Source of the DNA: Mobula hypostoma
Taxonomy: Eukaryota
Direction of reading: 5' to 3'
Assembly (NCBI RefSeq): GCF_963921235.1
Contig: NC_086105.1
Location: forward strand, 27,590,001 to 27,654,000
Length of the DNA: 64,000 bases
In this document: in pieces, positions 1-13,162 of the stretch
Layout: the number at the start of each line of letters is the position of its first letter
Position numbering within the stretch: the first letter of the stretch is position 1
Notes under the pieces: generated by a model
Databases searched by the model: none
Seen by the model: only the letters and a program-made list of their open reading frames with translations
Told to the model about the DNA's origin: nothing
Program-made: the position numbers and the translations under genes

Positions 1-1090
1 AACAAGTTAAGAGCTCATGGTATTACAGGAAAGATACTAGCATAGATAGAAGATTGGCTGACTGGCAGGAGGCAAAGAGTGGGAAGAAAGAGGCTGTTTT
101 GGTGTTCCGCAAGGGTTAGTGTTGGGACCACTTTTTTCACTATATGTCAATGATTTGGATGGCAGAATTAATGGCTTTGTGGGATGATATAAAGATCGTT
201 GGAGATGCGGGTAGTGTTGAGGAAACGGGTCTGCAGAAAGACTGAGACAGATTAGGAGAATGGGCAAGAAATGACAAATGGAATATAGTGCAGTGAAGTG
301 TATGGCCATGCACTTCAGTAGAAGGAATGAGAGCATGAACTATTTTTTAAATGGGGAGAAAATTCAGAAATCAGAAGTGCAAAGGACTTGGGAGTCCTTG
401 TGCAGGCTAACTTGCAGGTTGAGTCAGTGGTAAGGAAGGTAAATGCAATGTCACAGTAGCATTCATTTTGAGAGGACTAGAATATAAGAGCAAAGCTGTA
501 ATGCTGGGGCTTTATAAGGCATTGGTCAGACACACGTGGGGTATTGTGAGCATTTTTGGGCCCCTTATCTGAGAAAAGATGTGTTGGCATTAGAGAGGGT
601 CCAGAGGTTCAGGAGAGTTATTCTGGGAATGAAAGGGTTAACATATGAGGAGTATTTGATGCCTCTGGGCCTGTAGTTGCTTGCGTTTAGAAGAATGGGG
701 GAGGGGGAAATCTCATTGAAACTTATTGAATATTGAAAGGTCTCGATAGGATGGATGTGAAGAGGATGTTTCCTATACTGGGGAGTCTCAGTTCAAAGGG
801 TACAGTCTCAGAATAAAGGAACGTCCATTTAGAACAAAGATGAGGAATTTCTTTGGCCAGAGGGTGGTGAGTCAGTAGAATTCTGTGCCACAGACAGCTG
901 TGTGAAGGCCAAGTAATTGGGTATGTTGAAAGCAGAGTTTAGCAGGTTTCTGATCAGTCAGGGCATCAAAGGTTATCGGAGAAGGCAGGAGAATGGGGAC
1001 TGAGAGGGATAATAAGTCAACCTTGATGGAATGGTGGAGCAGACTCACTGGGCCGAATGGCCTAATTCTGCTCTTCTGTCTTACGGTCTA
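1..1090 (+). mobile_element. CR1 LINE 3' fragment, degraded
   Basis: Decayed RT C-terminus (GVPQGLVLGP, LGEWARN, YKALVR-like) and CR1 3' tail gggccgaatggcctaattctgctc. Confidence 0.9.
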
Positions 1091-1173
1091 AAAGTGACGT
1101 CCACAGTAAGTGCATGTCTTTCTGCAAACCCACCAGTGAGAGTTTATATTAGAGAACAGGTGGGAATGTAAAC

Positions 1174-2044
1174 AACAGGAATTCTGCAGATGCTGGAAAT
1201 TCAAGCAACATACATCAAAGTTGCTGGTGAATGCAGCAGGCCAAGCAGCATCTATAGGAAGAGGCGCAGTCGAAGTTTCAGGCCGAGACCCTTCGTCAGG
1301 ACTAACTGAAGGAAGAGTGAGTAAGGGATTTGAAAGCTGGAGGGGGAGGGGGAGATGCAAAATGATAGGAGAAGACAGGAGGGGGAGGGATAGAGCCGAG
1401 AGCTGGACAGGTGATAGGCAAAAGGGGATACGAGAGGATCATGGGACAGGAGGCCTAGGGAGAAAGACGGGGGGGGGGGTGACCCAGAGGATGGGCAAGA
1501 GGTATATTCAGAGGGACAGAGGGAGAAAAAGGAGAGTGAGAGAAAGAATGTGTGCATAAAAAGGAGTAACAGCTGGGGTACGAGGGGGAGGTGGGGCCTA
1601 GCGGAAGTTAGAGAAGTCAATGTTCATCCCATGAACATTGACTTCTCTAACTTCCGCTAGGCCCCACCTCCCCCTCGTACCCCAGCTGTTACTCCTTTTT
1701 ATGCACACATTCTTTCTCTCACTCTCCTTTTTCTCCCTCTGTCCCTCTGAATATACCTCTTGCCCATCCTCTGGGTCACCCCCCCCCGTCTTTCTCCCTA
1801 GGCCTCCTGTCCCATGATCCTCTCGTATCCCCTTTTGCCTATCACCTGTCCAGCTCTCGGCTCTATCCCTCCCCCTCCTGTCTTCTCCTATCATTTTGCA
1901 TCTCCCCCTCCCCCTCCAGCTTTCAAATCCCTTACTCACTCTTCCTTCAGTTAGTCCTGACGAAGGGTCTCGGCCTGAAACGTCGACTGCGCCTCTTCCT
2001 ATAGATGCTGCTTGGCCTGCTGCGTTCACCAGCAACTTTGATGT
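1174..2044. mobile_element. Penelope-like element fold-back insertion (inverted 3' termini with one-sided tail, 16-bp TSD)
   Basis: Arms 1211-1627 and 1631-2045 are near-perfect reverse complements with a 3-nt spacer. TSD aggtgggaatgtaaac at 1158-1173 and 2045-2060. Sequence matches the GIY-YIG-bearing element at 36648-37546 and includes its last codons (MNIDFSNFR*). Confidence 0.92.
1953..1988 (+). ncRNA. Minimal type I hammerhead ribozyme motif in PLE terminus
   Basis: AGUC-CUGACGA-AGGGUCUCGGCCU-GAAA-CGUC^GACU: both core boxes, helix I (AGUC/GACU), short helix II, GUC cleavage triplet, vestigial helix III. Confidence 0.75.
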
Positions 2045-2129
2045 AGGTGGGAATGTAAACTGACACTGGACATGAGTGTCTTGAAATCAGAGTGAATAAC
2101 AGAATATGAATGATCCTCCCATCAGTCTG

Positions 2130-2830
2130 AAGGTAAATCTGCCCATCCTTAACTGTCTTGAGAAAATGACGGTGAGTCATCATCCTGAACTGCTGCAGAC
2201 CCTCAGTGAAGGTTCTCGCAGAGTGCTGTTCGGAAAGGAGCTCGGGAAGTAGACCTAATTCTACAATAAAGGACTGTCAATATATGTACAAAGCAGAATT
2301 GTTTGCGACTCAGAGATGGTCATCTAGGTGTGATATCCTCATGTGCTTACTGTCCCCTTTCCTTCTTGCCTGTAGAACTCACAGGTTGGGAAAACCCAGG
2401 TGAGTAACTGCAATGCAATTTGTAGATGGGACACAAGCAATCTCTGTTTGCTCTTGGTGTCGGGAATGAATGTTAAGAGTAATGTATAAAGTATAAATCA
2501 GGTGGACTGCTTTTTTCCCTGGATGCTCTCAAGTTTCTTGTCAATAGTTGGAGTTGCATTTATCTAGGCAAATGAAGAATATTCCATCCTGCGCCTGACT
2601 CGAGCTTAATAGTGGAAAGGAAGCAGGCGAGCCAGAGGATATGCAGCTTCAGACCTCCTTGTGGCTACCACAGGTTATGGTTGGTCAAGTTGAATTTCTG
2701 GTCAGTAGCAACACCCAGGACCTTGATGGCGGGCAACCCAGAGTTGGTATTGCTGTCTTGTTGGGGATGGTCACTACCATGCTCTTTGCACTTCCGCCCA
2801 TGCCTGAAAGTTGCCTAGATCTTACTACAT
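2130..2830 (-). mobile_element. Ancient LINE 3' remnant (CR1/L2 group)
   Basis: Similar to copies at ~31130-31960, ~44460-45015, ~55590-56320 and ~50380/53000; reverse strand shows a decayed QVRxxMEYS-type RT C-terminal motif. Confidence 0.55.
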
Positions 2831-3180
2831 GCAGACTTAGAAATGGAATTGAATATGGCTTCAATTTTATCAGGGTTTCATGACATTACACGCAGTCAAA
2901 TAGCACCTTGCTTTGGAGAGAAGGTGCTGCTTGGTAGAACTTTTGACCGCAACTTACATCACTTTGACTATGAATGAGTGTAGACTGAATGGATTTGTTC
3001 TGCTTTTTGTGATCAATTTACTATCACCGATTGTACTGCGGACCAATTGTGAATGAGTGTCCGCTTGGTTTAAATTTATGGTGGGCTACCCCTAGTCACA
3101 AAGAATGTCAGTGTTTGCTCAGAATACATGCAAACTCCAGTCAAGTACTGTGAAATAAGGAAGAGCAAAGTGTTCACATA

Positions 3181-3418
3181 ACTCCACCATAACTGTTTGG
3201 CTACAAAAGGAAGAGGGTTGGTCATGGGGCTAGCAACCCCATCATGTAAAAACCCAGTGTTACAGATGCCCCAAAGACATCATCACTGGGAGAGGAAAGA
3301 TCTTCGAAGATGGGCTAGACTTGGGGATAACTTTAAAAGACTGGCCCAGGACAGAGGACTCTGGCGAGCTGCTGTTGGCAGCTTATGCCCCTGTAGGGGT
3401 AGTGGGCTTAAGAAGAAG
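3181..3418 (+). mobile_element. Short RTE-derived bipartite non-autonomous element
   Basis: RTE 5'-like motif gggttggtcatggggctagcaaccccatcatgtaaaa joined to an RTE ORF end (LAQDRGLWRAAVGSLCP) and an (AAG)n tail; second copy at 30499-30718. Confidence 0.6.
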
Positions 3419-3449
3419 GATTTCTTCATATGGTTACATACAAGGAGTA

Positions 3450-4551
3450 CCTGACTGGGAGACCTCAGTCAGTCCGGATCGGAAGCAGCATCTCCAACAC
3501 CATCACACTGAGCACGGGGGCCCCCCAGGGCTGTGTGCTCAGTCCACTGCTGTTCACTCTGCTGACCCACGACTGCTGCAACACACAGATCAAATCACAT
3601 CATCAAGTTCGCCGATGACACGACCGTGGTGGGTCTCATCAGCAAGAACGATGAGTCAGCATACAGAGAGGAGGTGCAGCAGCTAACGGACTGGTGCAGA
3701 GCCAAAAACCTGTCTCTGAATGTGAACAAAACAAAAGAGATGGTTGCTGACTTCAAGAGGACACGGAGTGACTACTCTCTGTTGAACATCGACGACTCCT
3801 CCGTAGAGATTGATTAAGAGTACCAAATTTCTTGGTGTTCACCTGGCGGAGAATCTCACCTGGTCCCTCAACACCAGCTCCATAGCAAAGAAAGCCCAGC
3901 AGCGTCTCTACTTTCTGTGAAGACTGAGAAAAGTCCATCTCCCACCCCCCATCCTCACCACATTCTACAGAGGTTGTATTGAGAGCATCCTGAGCAGCTG
4001 CATCACTGCCTGGTTCAGAAATTGCACCATCTCGGATCGCAAGACCCTGCAGCGGATGGTGAGGTCAGCTGAGAAGATCATCGGGGTCTCTCTTCCCGCC
4101 ATTACAGACATTTACACCACACGCTGCATCCGCAAAGCAAACAGCATTATGAAGGACCCCACGCACCCCTCATACAAACTCTTCTCCCTCCTGCCATCTG
4201 GCAAAAGGCACTGAAGCATTCGGGCTCTCACGACCAGAATATGTAATCTTCCCCCAAGCCATCAGACTCCTCAATACCCAGAGCCTGGACTGACACCAAC
4301 CTACTGCCCTCTACTGTGCCTATTGTCTTGTTTATTATTTATTGTAATGCCTGCACTGTTTTGTGCACTTTATGCAGTCCTGGGTAGGTCTGTAGTCTAG
4401 TGTAGTTTTTGTGTTGTTTTTACGTAGTCCAGTGTAGTTTTTGTATTGTTCATGTAACACCATGGTCCTGAAAAACGTCTCATTTTTACTGTGTACTGTA
4501 CCAGCAGTTATGGTTGAAATGACAACTAAAAAGTGATTTGACTTGACTTGA
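3450..4551 (+). mobile_element. Rex1/Babar LINE, 5'-truncated
   Basis: RT motifs [40 protein letters not shown]; (GACTT)n 3' tail. Confidence 0.92.
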
Positions 4552-5299
4552 AGGAGTATGTCTTAAGTTAGATCTGCATATTTCTGGATATCACAATGTA
4601 CAACTTTTTTTTTAATGGACAATAGCACTGGGTCTTCTAATACAGATGTCTCTCTAACTTACTTCGAATTTCTATTGTTTAGGCTTGTTCATGTTTTTTA
4701 CAACTCAATTACTATTCAAACTCTTACTTTCTTATGATACACGATAAAAAAATAATTATCATTTTTAATTTACATGGTATGGCTTACAATCACGGAAATA
4801 CCTTTACTAATCTATGAATTGATGCCAAGATTTCCTGGGCGTGGAAAGTGATCCACTTTTTCCACAGGGATTGCTGTGTACTCTATCTACAAAATGCTCG
4901 GCAGTTATTCACCTGCTTTGTATCCGAGAGTTGTGTTCTCTAGTGCGGAGGGGTGCAGAGGGAAGTAGTGGAGCAGTAGTGTACAGTAAGGTCAGATTGA
5001 TAGACACGCTCCGGTTTTGCAGATTTCTAGTGAAGGATCCATTTTCTTATGAGCGTCAATAAACAGGTGTCAGTGATATGGAACCTGGCTTCAAAATGTG
5101 CACAAATTATTTTATCTGTTCAATACTGCACCTTATTTATTATTGTTGGAGTGATGTATATTCTAACATAGAGGTGACAGAAGCTGAACACAGCCCTATT
5201 CATCCTATAGAGTAACTTGGCCATCAGCAATAGATTGTTTGAAGATCAAGACCTCAAAACCGCCACTAAACACTTTGCTTAACAAGTAGTAGTGATCCC

Positions 5300-5620
5300 T
5301 GACCTCGTTACCAGTTCAGGAACCTGACTATCAAAAGCTGGTGTCTCCATAAACCGGTGAGGTATCATAAGCAAAATTATCCAAATCCATTGATAAGTAA
5401 CTATTTTCAGCACTCTCTCAGGCCAATGTCACAGGTCTGATCACATTCAGCCAACTTCAAAGGGCAGGCCATATTATTTGATTCTCATGCACAGGCACTC
5501 TATTCTGAACTGTCATGAGGAGCTTCAAAGAAAACATTTTAAGAATGTTCTCAAAACCTCTTCAAAAACAAAATAATATTCTCACTGACTCTTGGGCATC
5601 CCTGACCCACGAGCAATTGC
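5300..5620 (+). mobile_element. Degraded RTE LINE fragment
   Basis: Decayed QL..AGHI / QALYSEL / KHFKNVLKTS segments typical of RTE ORF C-termini. Confidence 0.5.
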
Positions 5621-6659
5621 AGATGATACTGACGTGCTTCTATTTTTATTGTTTAGATGTATTTATGTTAAATTGCAATTCATACTTTTCTGATTTGTGA
5701 TACAAGAAAAGCAAGATGTGCTTATTTCTTATTTAAATTAGGTGTTTTAATTTAACTGAGGTGACCCGGATCTATTAGCCAAGAGTATGCAGAAGCCCAC
5801 CTTCCACATTACACAACTCCAGCACCATCAAATACCTGATCCAGTTCTGTTATTGTCAAACACTTCAGAGCCCTGAGGATGAGAGTGAGAATTTGGTCCT
5901 GAGGAATTACTGAAAAAGAAGAATCTACAAATCACCCCATACTCTTTGCTACCATTTGACAATTGACTTAAGTCGTAACATATTTTATGCATAAAATTAA
6001 TTATTGAAACAAAATCTAGGATGAAGGCAGCATAGAATACAACTAACTTCAATTTATGTTACTGTAATTAACAAAACTAAAATGCTTCCTTATTTTTCGA
6101 TTTGAAATAAATTTGTTGGCCATTGAGTAGGTGTTCCCTCCTGCGCAGGAATTCTAATTTTGGTTAGTTTTAAAGTTGTGTTTATTTTAGAAGGATGACA
6201 CAAAAGCTAGTGAATATAAGTGGTAATTCTCCACAACTGACTAATAATTAAAGGCTCAAGCTTGATTTTCATGAGCTATTTTGAGACTCCTTTCTGCTGA
6301 TAGAACAGTATATACAGTTTAACATCCAGGGCTGTTGGATTACTTGCAAAATTCAAGAAGTTGTACTTCAGCTTGTTAATCAAGAATGATACTGGATATT
6401 AGAGGTTATAACGCAATTCTGCTGCTGTAAGGAAAGAAGCCATATAAACCAAAGGATTTTGGAATTTCCTGACTTCAGGAATACCTCCAACAAAATAGCT
6501 ATGAAAATAATGCTGTGTGGTTGAAATGTGTCAGCAATGTTTTAAGTACATTAACATATTTTTCTCTTCTACATTAGAATATTTAAGGTTTTTGAAACTG
6601 TAAATATGTATAAGTCTCAGATGCTCAAGAACATTATTGGAAACAAATAAGGATGGGCA

Positions 6660-8330
6660 TTTTCAGTCAGAAGGAAGGAAAGGATGGCAAGACAAAGGAA
6701 CCTTAGATGTTGAGAGAGGTCATGAATTTAGACAAGAAGAAAAAGGAAGCACCTGTAAGGTACATGAAGATAAAATCAAACAGAACTCTCAAGGAATATA
6801 AAAAAGCCAGAAAAGAACTCAAGAAGGGAATTAGGAGAGCTAGGAGGGGCCATGAAATGTCCATGTCAAGTAGGGATGAAGAAAATCCAAAGGCACTGTG
6901 TACATACATCAAGAACAAGAGAATAACTAAGGAATGGGTAAGACCATTCAAGGATGAGGGAGGCAGAGGATGTGGGTAAGTTCCTCACTGAGAGTTTTGC
7001 ATCAGTATTTACCAAAGAGGAGGGCAGGGAGGATAGTAAGATCAGTGTGCAATGTACTAATATGCTTGGTATTTTGAGATATTGAAGGATGTATTGTCCT
7101 TTAAGGAATATTGAGGTGGGAAGTCCTCAGGACCAAGTTATTGAGTGAGGCAAGAGATGAGATTTCTGGAGTCTTAAACAATAAATTTGTCTCCCCACTA
7201 GCCACAGGCAAGGTCCCAGATGATTGACAAGTAGCTAATACTGCTCTATTATTCAAGAAGGGAAATGGTGATAATCTTGGAATATATAGATTGGTGGTGT
7301 TGCAGGTGGTGTAGAAGACTGCCTAAGTATATATAGGCCATAGATCAGTTGGACATGGAGATGGCAGTTGGAGTTTAACCTGGCCAAATGTGAAATGCTG
7401 CACTTTGCGAGATCATATGTAGACAGTACACTGCTGATAGCAGACCCTTAACAAAGTTAATATGGAGAAGAATCTTGGGGTCCAAGTCCTTAGCACCCTG
7501 AAAGGGACTACACAATTGATAGGATGGTAACAAAGGCATATGGCATGCTTGCCTTTATTAATTGAGAAATTGAGTACAAGATTGGGGAAGTTATGTGACA
7601 GGTTTATGGAAACCTAGTTAGACTATATCTGAAGTATTGCAAACGGTTCTGGTTCCCCATTATAGAAAGGATCTGGAGGCTTTGGAGAGGGTACAGAAGA
7701 GGTTTACCAGGATGCTGCCTAGATTAGAGGACATGAGCTATCATGTGAGGTTGGACAAACCTGGCTGTTTCCTCTGGAGCCTGAGGGGAGACCTGACAGA
7801 GGTGTATAAGATCATAGAGAAAATAGCTGGTATCTTTTTCCTGGGGTTGAAATATTTAAAACCAGAGTGCATGTATTTCAAGTGAGAGGGGGTAAGTTCA
7901 AAGGAGATGTGTGGGGCAAGATCTTTACACGGGAAGTGGTACGTGCCTGGAATTCTCTGCCAAGGGTAGTGATAGAGGCAAATGCAATAGGGACATTCAA
8001 GAGGCTCTCAGTAGGCAAATGAATTATAAGAATTGGAAGGATATGGACATTGTGTAAAGGAAGGTATTAGTTTAATTGGACTTTAGACTATTAATTTAAT
8101 TAGATTGGCATAATGTCCTGGGCTGAAGGGATTGTTTTCGAAACATAGAAATATAGAAGACCTACAGCACAATACAGGCACTTCGGCCCACAGTGCTGTG
8201 CCGAACATGTACTTACTTTAGAAATTACCTGGGGTTACCCATAGCCCTCTATTTTTCTAAGCTCCATGTACCTATCCAGGAGTCTCTTAAAAGAATCCTT
8301 TTGTGCTGTACTGTCCTTTGTTCTCTGTTC
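6660..8330 (+). mobile_element. CR1 LINE, internally deleted and degraded; opposite-strand CR1 3' tail nested at ~8141-8295
   Basis: KKELKKGIRRARRGHE, ERVQKRFTRMLP; its 3' tail is interrupted by a reverse-strand tail beginning aaacatagaaatatagaa. Confidence 0.85.
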
Positions 8331-9699
8331 CAAACAACAATGGTATACCTTTTTTTATTTTATATTAGGGAAATAATGTGACCCTTATTTTTAATTTTTC
8401 TGATGCAGAATTTTGACCATAAGTCTTTTGAACATCTGGACAGCTCCATCACAGGATATAACAATGTACGTATATTGAGGTACTATGTGATATCCATAAT
8501 ATATGACCGCTGAATAAAAATGATACTAGCTATTGCCATATCATCTAATATAATCTTTCTTTTAAAGACTCTTTGTAGAATATCTACAAAAAATGGCTGA
8601 TTGAAAATATTTTAGTGAAACATTTAAAAAAACATCAGTTCCTACTGTAAATTTAGAATATTCTGGTTGTAATATTTATACATTTGTGGCTTTCTTGTGG
8701 GTGCCTAGATATTTGTTATCATGGGTTAACTTTAAATTAAACATGATTAAGAATTATTGCTGGATATATCTAAGTTAAGCATTTTTAACGTAAACTATTA
8801 GAGCTATTAAATTGAACTATTACCTCATTGCTGCATTAATTCAATCATCTGTGGTTGTTTTTTTTAAATTTGGAAGTATTTGGAGGGTTAAACAGTTTGT
8901 ATTGATCTTGCAAGTGAAACAAGATACCAGTATGTATAATGGAAAGTAATATTCTGACACAAATACTTTTTCATCATATTCTTTGTGACAATATTAGTGA
9001 CGTCATTTAGGTTGCAGAATTCTTAGCTGATATTTGTACAGCCAAACCATACAAACTACCGCATCAAGATATACTATCTATTCTATTAGTGGTTGTATTG
9101 AAACTTTATTGATATAGTTCAAGATATTTTGAAAAATCATATTTTGTTTAGTCCTCTTTTATACCTATCATGATCAATTATGTTGAACAGTGGTGGCTCA
9201 AATAAAGCACCTTTTACTTGCTTCTGGTGATCAATCATCTAATCTCTGAGCAGCAATCTGAACTTTCTCCATTTTTGTCATCAGACATCTGAGACAAGAC
9301 TTCACTTGAGATCATGAGATCAATGTCCAGCTGCTCATGGATGGAAGGAGTGGGTGGTTGGTAAGGAAAAACTTAGACATGGAAACAGAGGAAGAAGAGA
9401 AAGCTCATTTGCCTGAACTAGGGAGGAGAGACAAATAAGTTAGTTTTAAGTTGCAGAGAAGATGTGGGTGGGATTTGGTGGTGGACAGGACAAAGGGAAT
9501 ATCAGTAATATGGTGAGACCATTGTTGCGTAGAGTTAAATTGAGGAGGTCCATCAGTCAAATGGTTTAATGGGAATTGTTAGAAGGTATATTCCCCTCCA
9601 ACAGTCATCTCTGGATCAAATGACTTGGCACTTCAGGAAAAATAATCTCATTAGGAGATTGTGACTGAATGGCCAATTTTTTTTTATCTGTGGTTCATT

Positions 9700-10075
9700 G
9701 AAAGTTCAAAGTAAATTTATTATCAAAGTACATATACATCACCATATACAACCCTGAGATTCATTTTTTGTAGGCATACTCAATAAATCCAATAACCATA
9801 ATAGAATCTTTGGAAGACCACACTCAACAGGACAGACAACAGTGTGCAAAGGACAACAAACTATGCAACTACAAAAGAAAATAAATAAATAAGCAATAAG
9901 TATTGAAAACATGAAGAATCCTTGAAGGGGAGTCCATAGGTTTGGGAGCAATTTGGTGGTGGGGCAAGTGAAGTTGAGTGAAGATATCCTCTCTGATTCA
10001 AGAGCCTGATGGTTGAGGGGTATGAACTGTTCCTGAACCTGGTGATGTGAGTCTTGAGGCTCCTGCTCCTTCTTT
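9700..10075 (-). mobile_element. Rex1/Babar 3' end
   Basis: aaagttcaaagtaaatttattatcaaagtac terminus shared with copies at ~45225, ~48802 and (reverse) ~52960. Confidence 0.75.
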
Positions 10076-10109
10076 AAGTGGCAGGACCTGTTCGTGGTAG
10101 TTTAAATTG

Positions 10110-10700
10110 AAAGGTTAGAAAAATATACAGGATGCTTGGATTATAAGTGGAAACATGGGATATGAACACACTGAAGGCTTAATGAAACTTCACAAAACAC
10201 AGGTTCCAGCCACATTTGGAACATCATGCCCACGTTTGGCCATTACATTTAGGGATGATATGAAGACATTGGAGACTATGCAGAAGAGATTAACTGGAAA
10301 GGTTTCAGGAAAAAAGGGAGTTATGTCATGTGCATGGACTTGCTACATACGAGCTTATGAGTTGGGGGCATTAAAAATCACTAAGAGAGTAGATTGAGGT
10401 AAATACAAATTGTTACCATTTGGGTTGATGTCAAAAAGTAAGAGAGAAAGAAGTAAGATGAATGGCAAAAGAACCAAAAGCGACCAGAGGAAACTATTTT
10501 ACAAGTTAGCTATGTGTGCGTAGAATTCGGCAGTAGTATTCAAAAGAAAACTGAATAAGTATCCGAAAAAAATTGCAGGTGTGGGGAGAAAAGGGAGTGG
10601 AGTGAAACTCGTCGGATCCCTCTAAGTTAGAGCCATTCTGGATTCATCGGGCCGAACGGTCTGTTTCTGGGATGCAGCATTTTACCGTTCCGTTGTGAAC
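10110..10700 (+). mobile_element. Highly degraded CR1 3' fragment
   Basis: LETMQKRLT-like RT end and tail gggccgaacggtctgtttct. Confidence 0.55.
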
Positions 10701-12504
10701 TACAGGAGGGAAACGAGAACACATCCACGGAAAAACATATTTGGCCAGCCTTCTAGCTGTTCTTTGAAGAGATGGCAAATCTTAAGGAAATCAAAGACTA
10801 GGTGAATTTTTGCAGCGCTTTTGAAGCCGCATCTGGGAGACAATTGCCCAGTGCAAAGCCCACTGCGTCCTTTGGAAACAGATGAAAGATTATCTCAGTC
10901 TGGAACCGTCCTTTCGAAGTTAAACTACAATGGGAATTTTGCAGCATTTTGGTCGCATTATCTTTGTAACGCCCCGTCGATATGCACACATTATCAAAGA
11001 TGTGGTAATCCATTTATATGGAACATTTAGTAATGTTTTAAGCTACAATTGACAGGTGTAGCATCATTAGTAATTATAAAGAGTTTCGGATTGATCAAAT
11101 AAAACGTGTGATCATGCTGGGTTCGAAGATTAATGTGTCATAATGTAAAAAGAAATAGTGATATTTTACGCTGTATAGAGAAAATATTGAATGAATGCTG
11201 TAAATGGAAACATTTAAGCAGTTTAAAAGCAGTCATGTTTGCTTCTAACTTGCCGCCGGAAATCATGAAAGGGGGTTGGTGGATCGCGGTCCCCGGAAAG
11301 TTCTGTCACCGCATTTGCAATTCGCCCCAGCTGGAATTACACTAAGACCGTGTGAAGCTGTGTTCTAAAGGGTGGCCTGGGTATTTAAATTACAATTGTA
11401 ACAGTTCCGGTCCGTTCTTTATTTGAATAGTGTTGTATTGTGGCTGACGTCCGTTCTAATTTGTTATTTTTCAAGAAACCCTTTGCATTTCTCTTTGTAA
11501 CAGTGCTCTGCAAACTGCTGTTCAATTAAACTGGTACAATTAGCAGCGATATGGCTGCACTTTGCGTTCACTGGGCTACCCTCTTCCTATTAGCGTTAAA
11601 TCAAACACCTTTCACAGTACAAACAAAAAGGGAAAATATATTCTCTCTTCTGCTTAAAATCACATCAAAATGCCTCGCCATCTGCACTCCACCGTAGGTT
11701 CTTTCCAAAAATGGCGCTGATCGGCTGGATCCATTCCCTATGAATTGAACAAAATCTCACATACAACAGGGTAGCATTTGGTCCAAAAATATTAAGAGTA
11801 AATAACGTTGCTGAAACACGTCTACAAAAAAAAACAAGCTATTTACCCATCAACGCTGCTGATGAAAGATGAAGCAAAGGGGGGAAGGCGTTTCATGTGT
11901 TTTAGCTCGGCGTTTTTGTGATCTTGCAACTGCGTGTTTCGCACTAAGTGCAAAACCCGAGCTAATAATATGGAATTAAATTCTGAAAGTAGCAGAACGA
12001 AATAGTTACAATGATACAACGCAATAGGTACTTGAGTTCAAGAAAACAAAATTCTTACTATCAATAATTAAACAAAATCAGGTTCATTGATTTGCAACAG
12101 AAACATCTTCTATCGATAGAAACCAATGGAATGGCATTGCAGTCGGTCCTCCTCCCATCTTCTTCTCGTCAATTACCAGGATCCCATGGTGACCATCAGC
12201 AAAGGACTCGTTTCTTCAGCAATCAGACGGAGTCCTGGCAACAAATACGTCACTGCAACCAGGGAGCTAGCTAGTCGTCCAGTAAACGCGACCAGCTCCC
12301 GATTTAATCTAAATTTGGTCAGTATAATTTACACCTTCAGAAAACGGGGTTATAAATGTTATCAACGACTGAAATCCTGTGATGTTGCTGAAAAAGGAGC
12401 CAAACAAAGTATCCTGGAAGAGTGTGTTCTGACAAATCTGCATGCTCTCTAACTACCGTAGACTGACGCAAGTGAACGTGCAAAACAAGGAAAGATTGTT
12501 TTAA

Positions 12505-12690
12505 AACCAGAAACGCTGGGAACACCCAGAAGGTCAGACAGCATCCATGGAAAGAGAAAATTAACTGTTCAGGTCCAAGTCAAATCTTCGGAACTATTCG
12601 ACATTAACCGTTTCTCTTTTCACAGATGTTGTCTGGCCTGCTGAGTGTTTTTTTTCAGATTGCCGGTATCTGTCGTTTATTTGATTTCAT
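12505..12690. mobile_element. Old PLE-terminus inverted remnant
   Basis: aggtcagacagcatccatggaaagagaaa versus tttctcttttcacagatgttgtctggcctgctgag are diverged inverted arms related to the PLE terminus. Confidence 0.55.
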
Positions 12691-13162
12691 ATAGTCAAGG
12701 AAGCGTAATCGTTGTATTTTGTCAGTGCAAGAGTAGATGCAATGCTCATACCCAATTTCAGTTCATTGTAAATGAGAATTCTTCAAGGAATAGTAATAAT
12801 TGGCCAATGCATTTAACGTTTTATCGGATCTCGGAGCTCACATAAAATATGCATTGTTTTTTTCTGACAACTGTTTGACTTTGTGTAATTTTAAATGTAA
12901 TTATCTATTTGGAGAGGCTTTTTTTCTTGTAAGATCACTAGTGTTCTAATACGTTGAAAAGGTAGAACCTACCTTAATTCATAAATTTAGACTGAGCCTC
13001 TGAACTATATTTGAAGTGGAACACGTAAGCTTTTGGAGGAACTCAGCGGATCAGGAGGAAAATGGACTGTATACATTTTGGGTCATTCAAGGTGGGAAAA
13101 GCGGCAGCCAATTCATGCATAGTGAGGTCTACAAACAATAAAATAATAAAGGCAAGATATCT

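Noticed and set aside
1221-2035. Mirror-image ORFs (1221-1559, 1598-2035) and similar ORF at 36664-36966 as a novel protein family
   Set aside because: They are antisense readings of the PLE 3' terminus, duplicated by the palindrome.
8998-9005. Full CRE palindrome TGACGTCA (and CRE-like TGACGTCG at 42059-42066)
   Set aside because: A single 8-mer is expected by chance in 64 kb; there is no supporting context.
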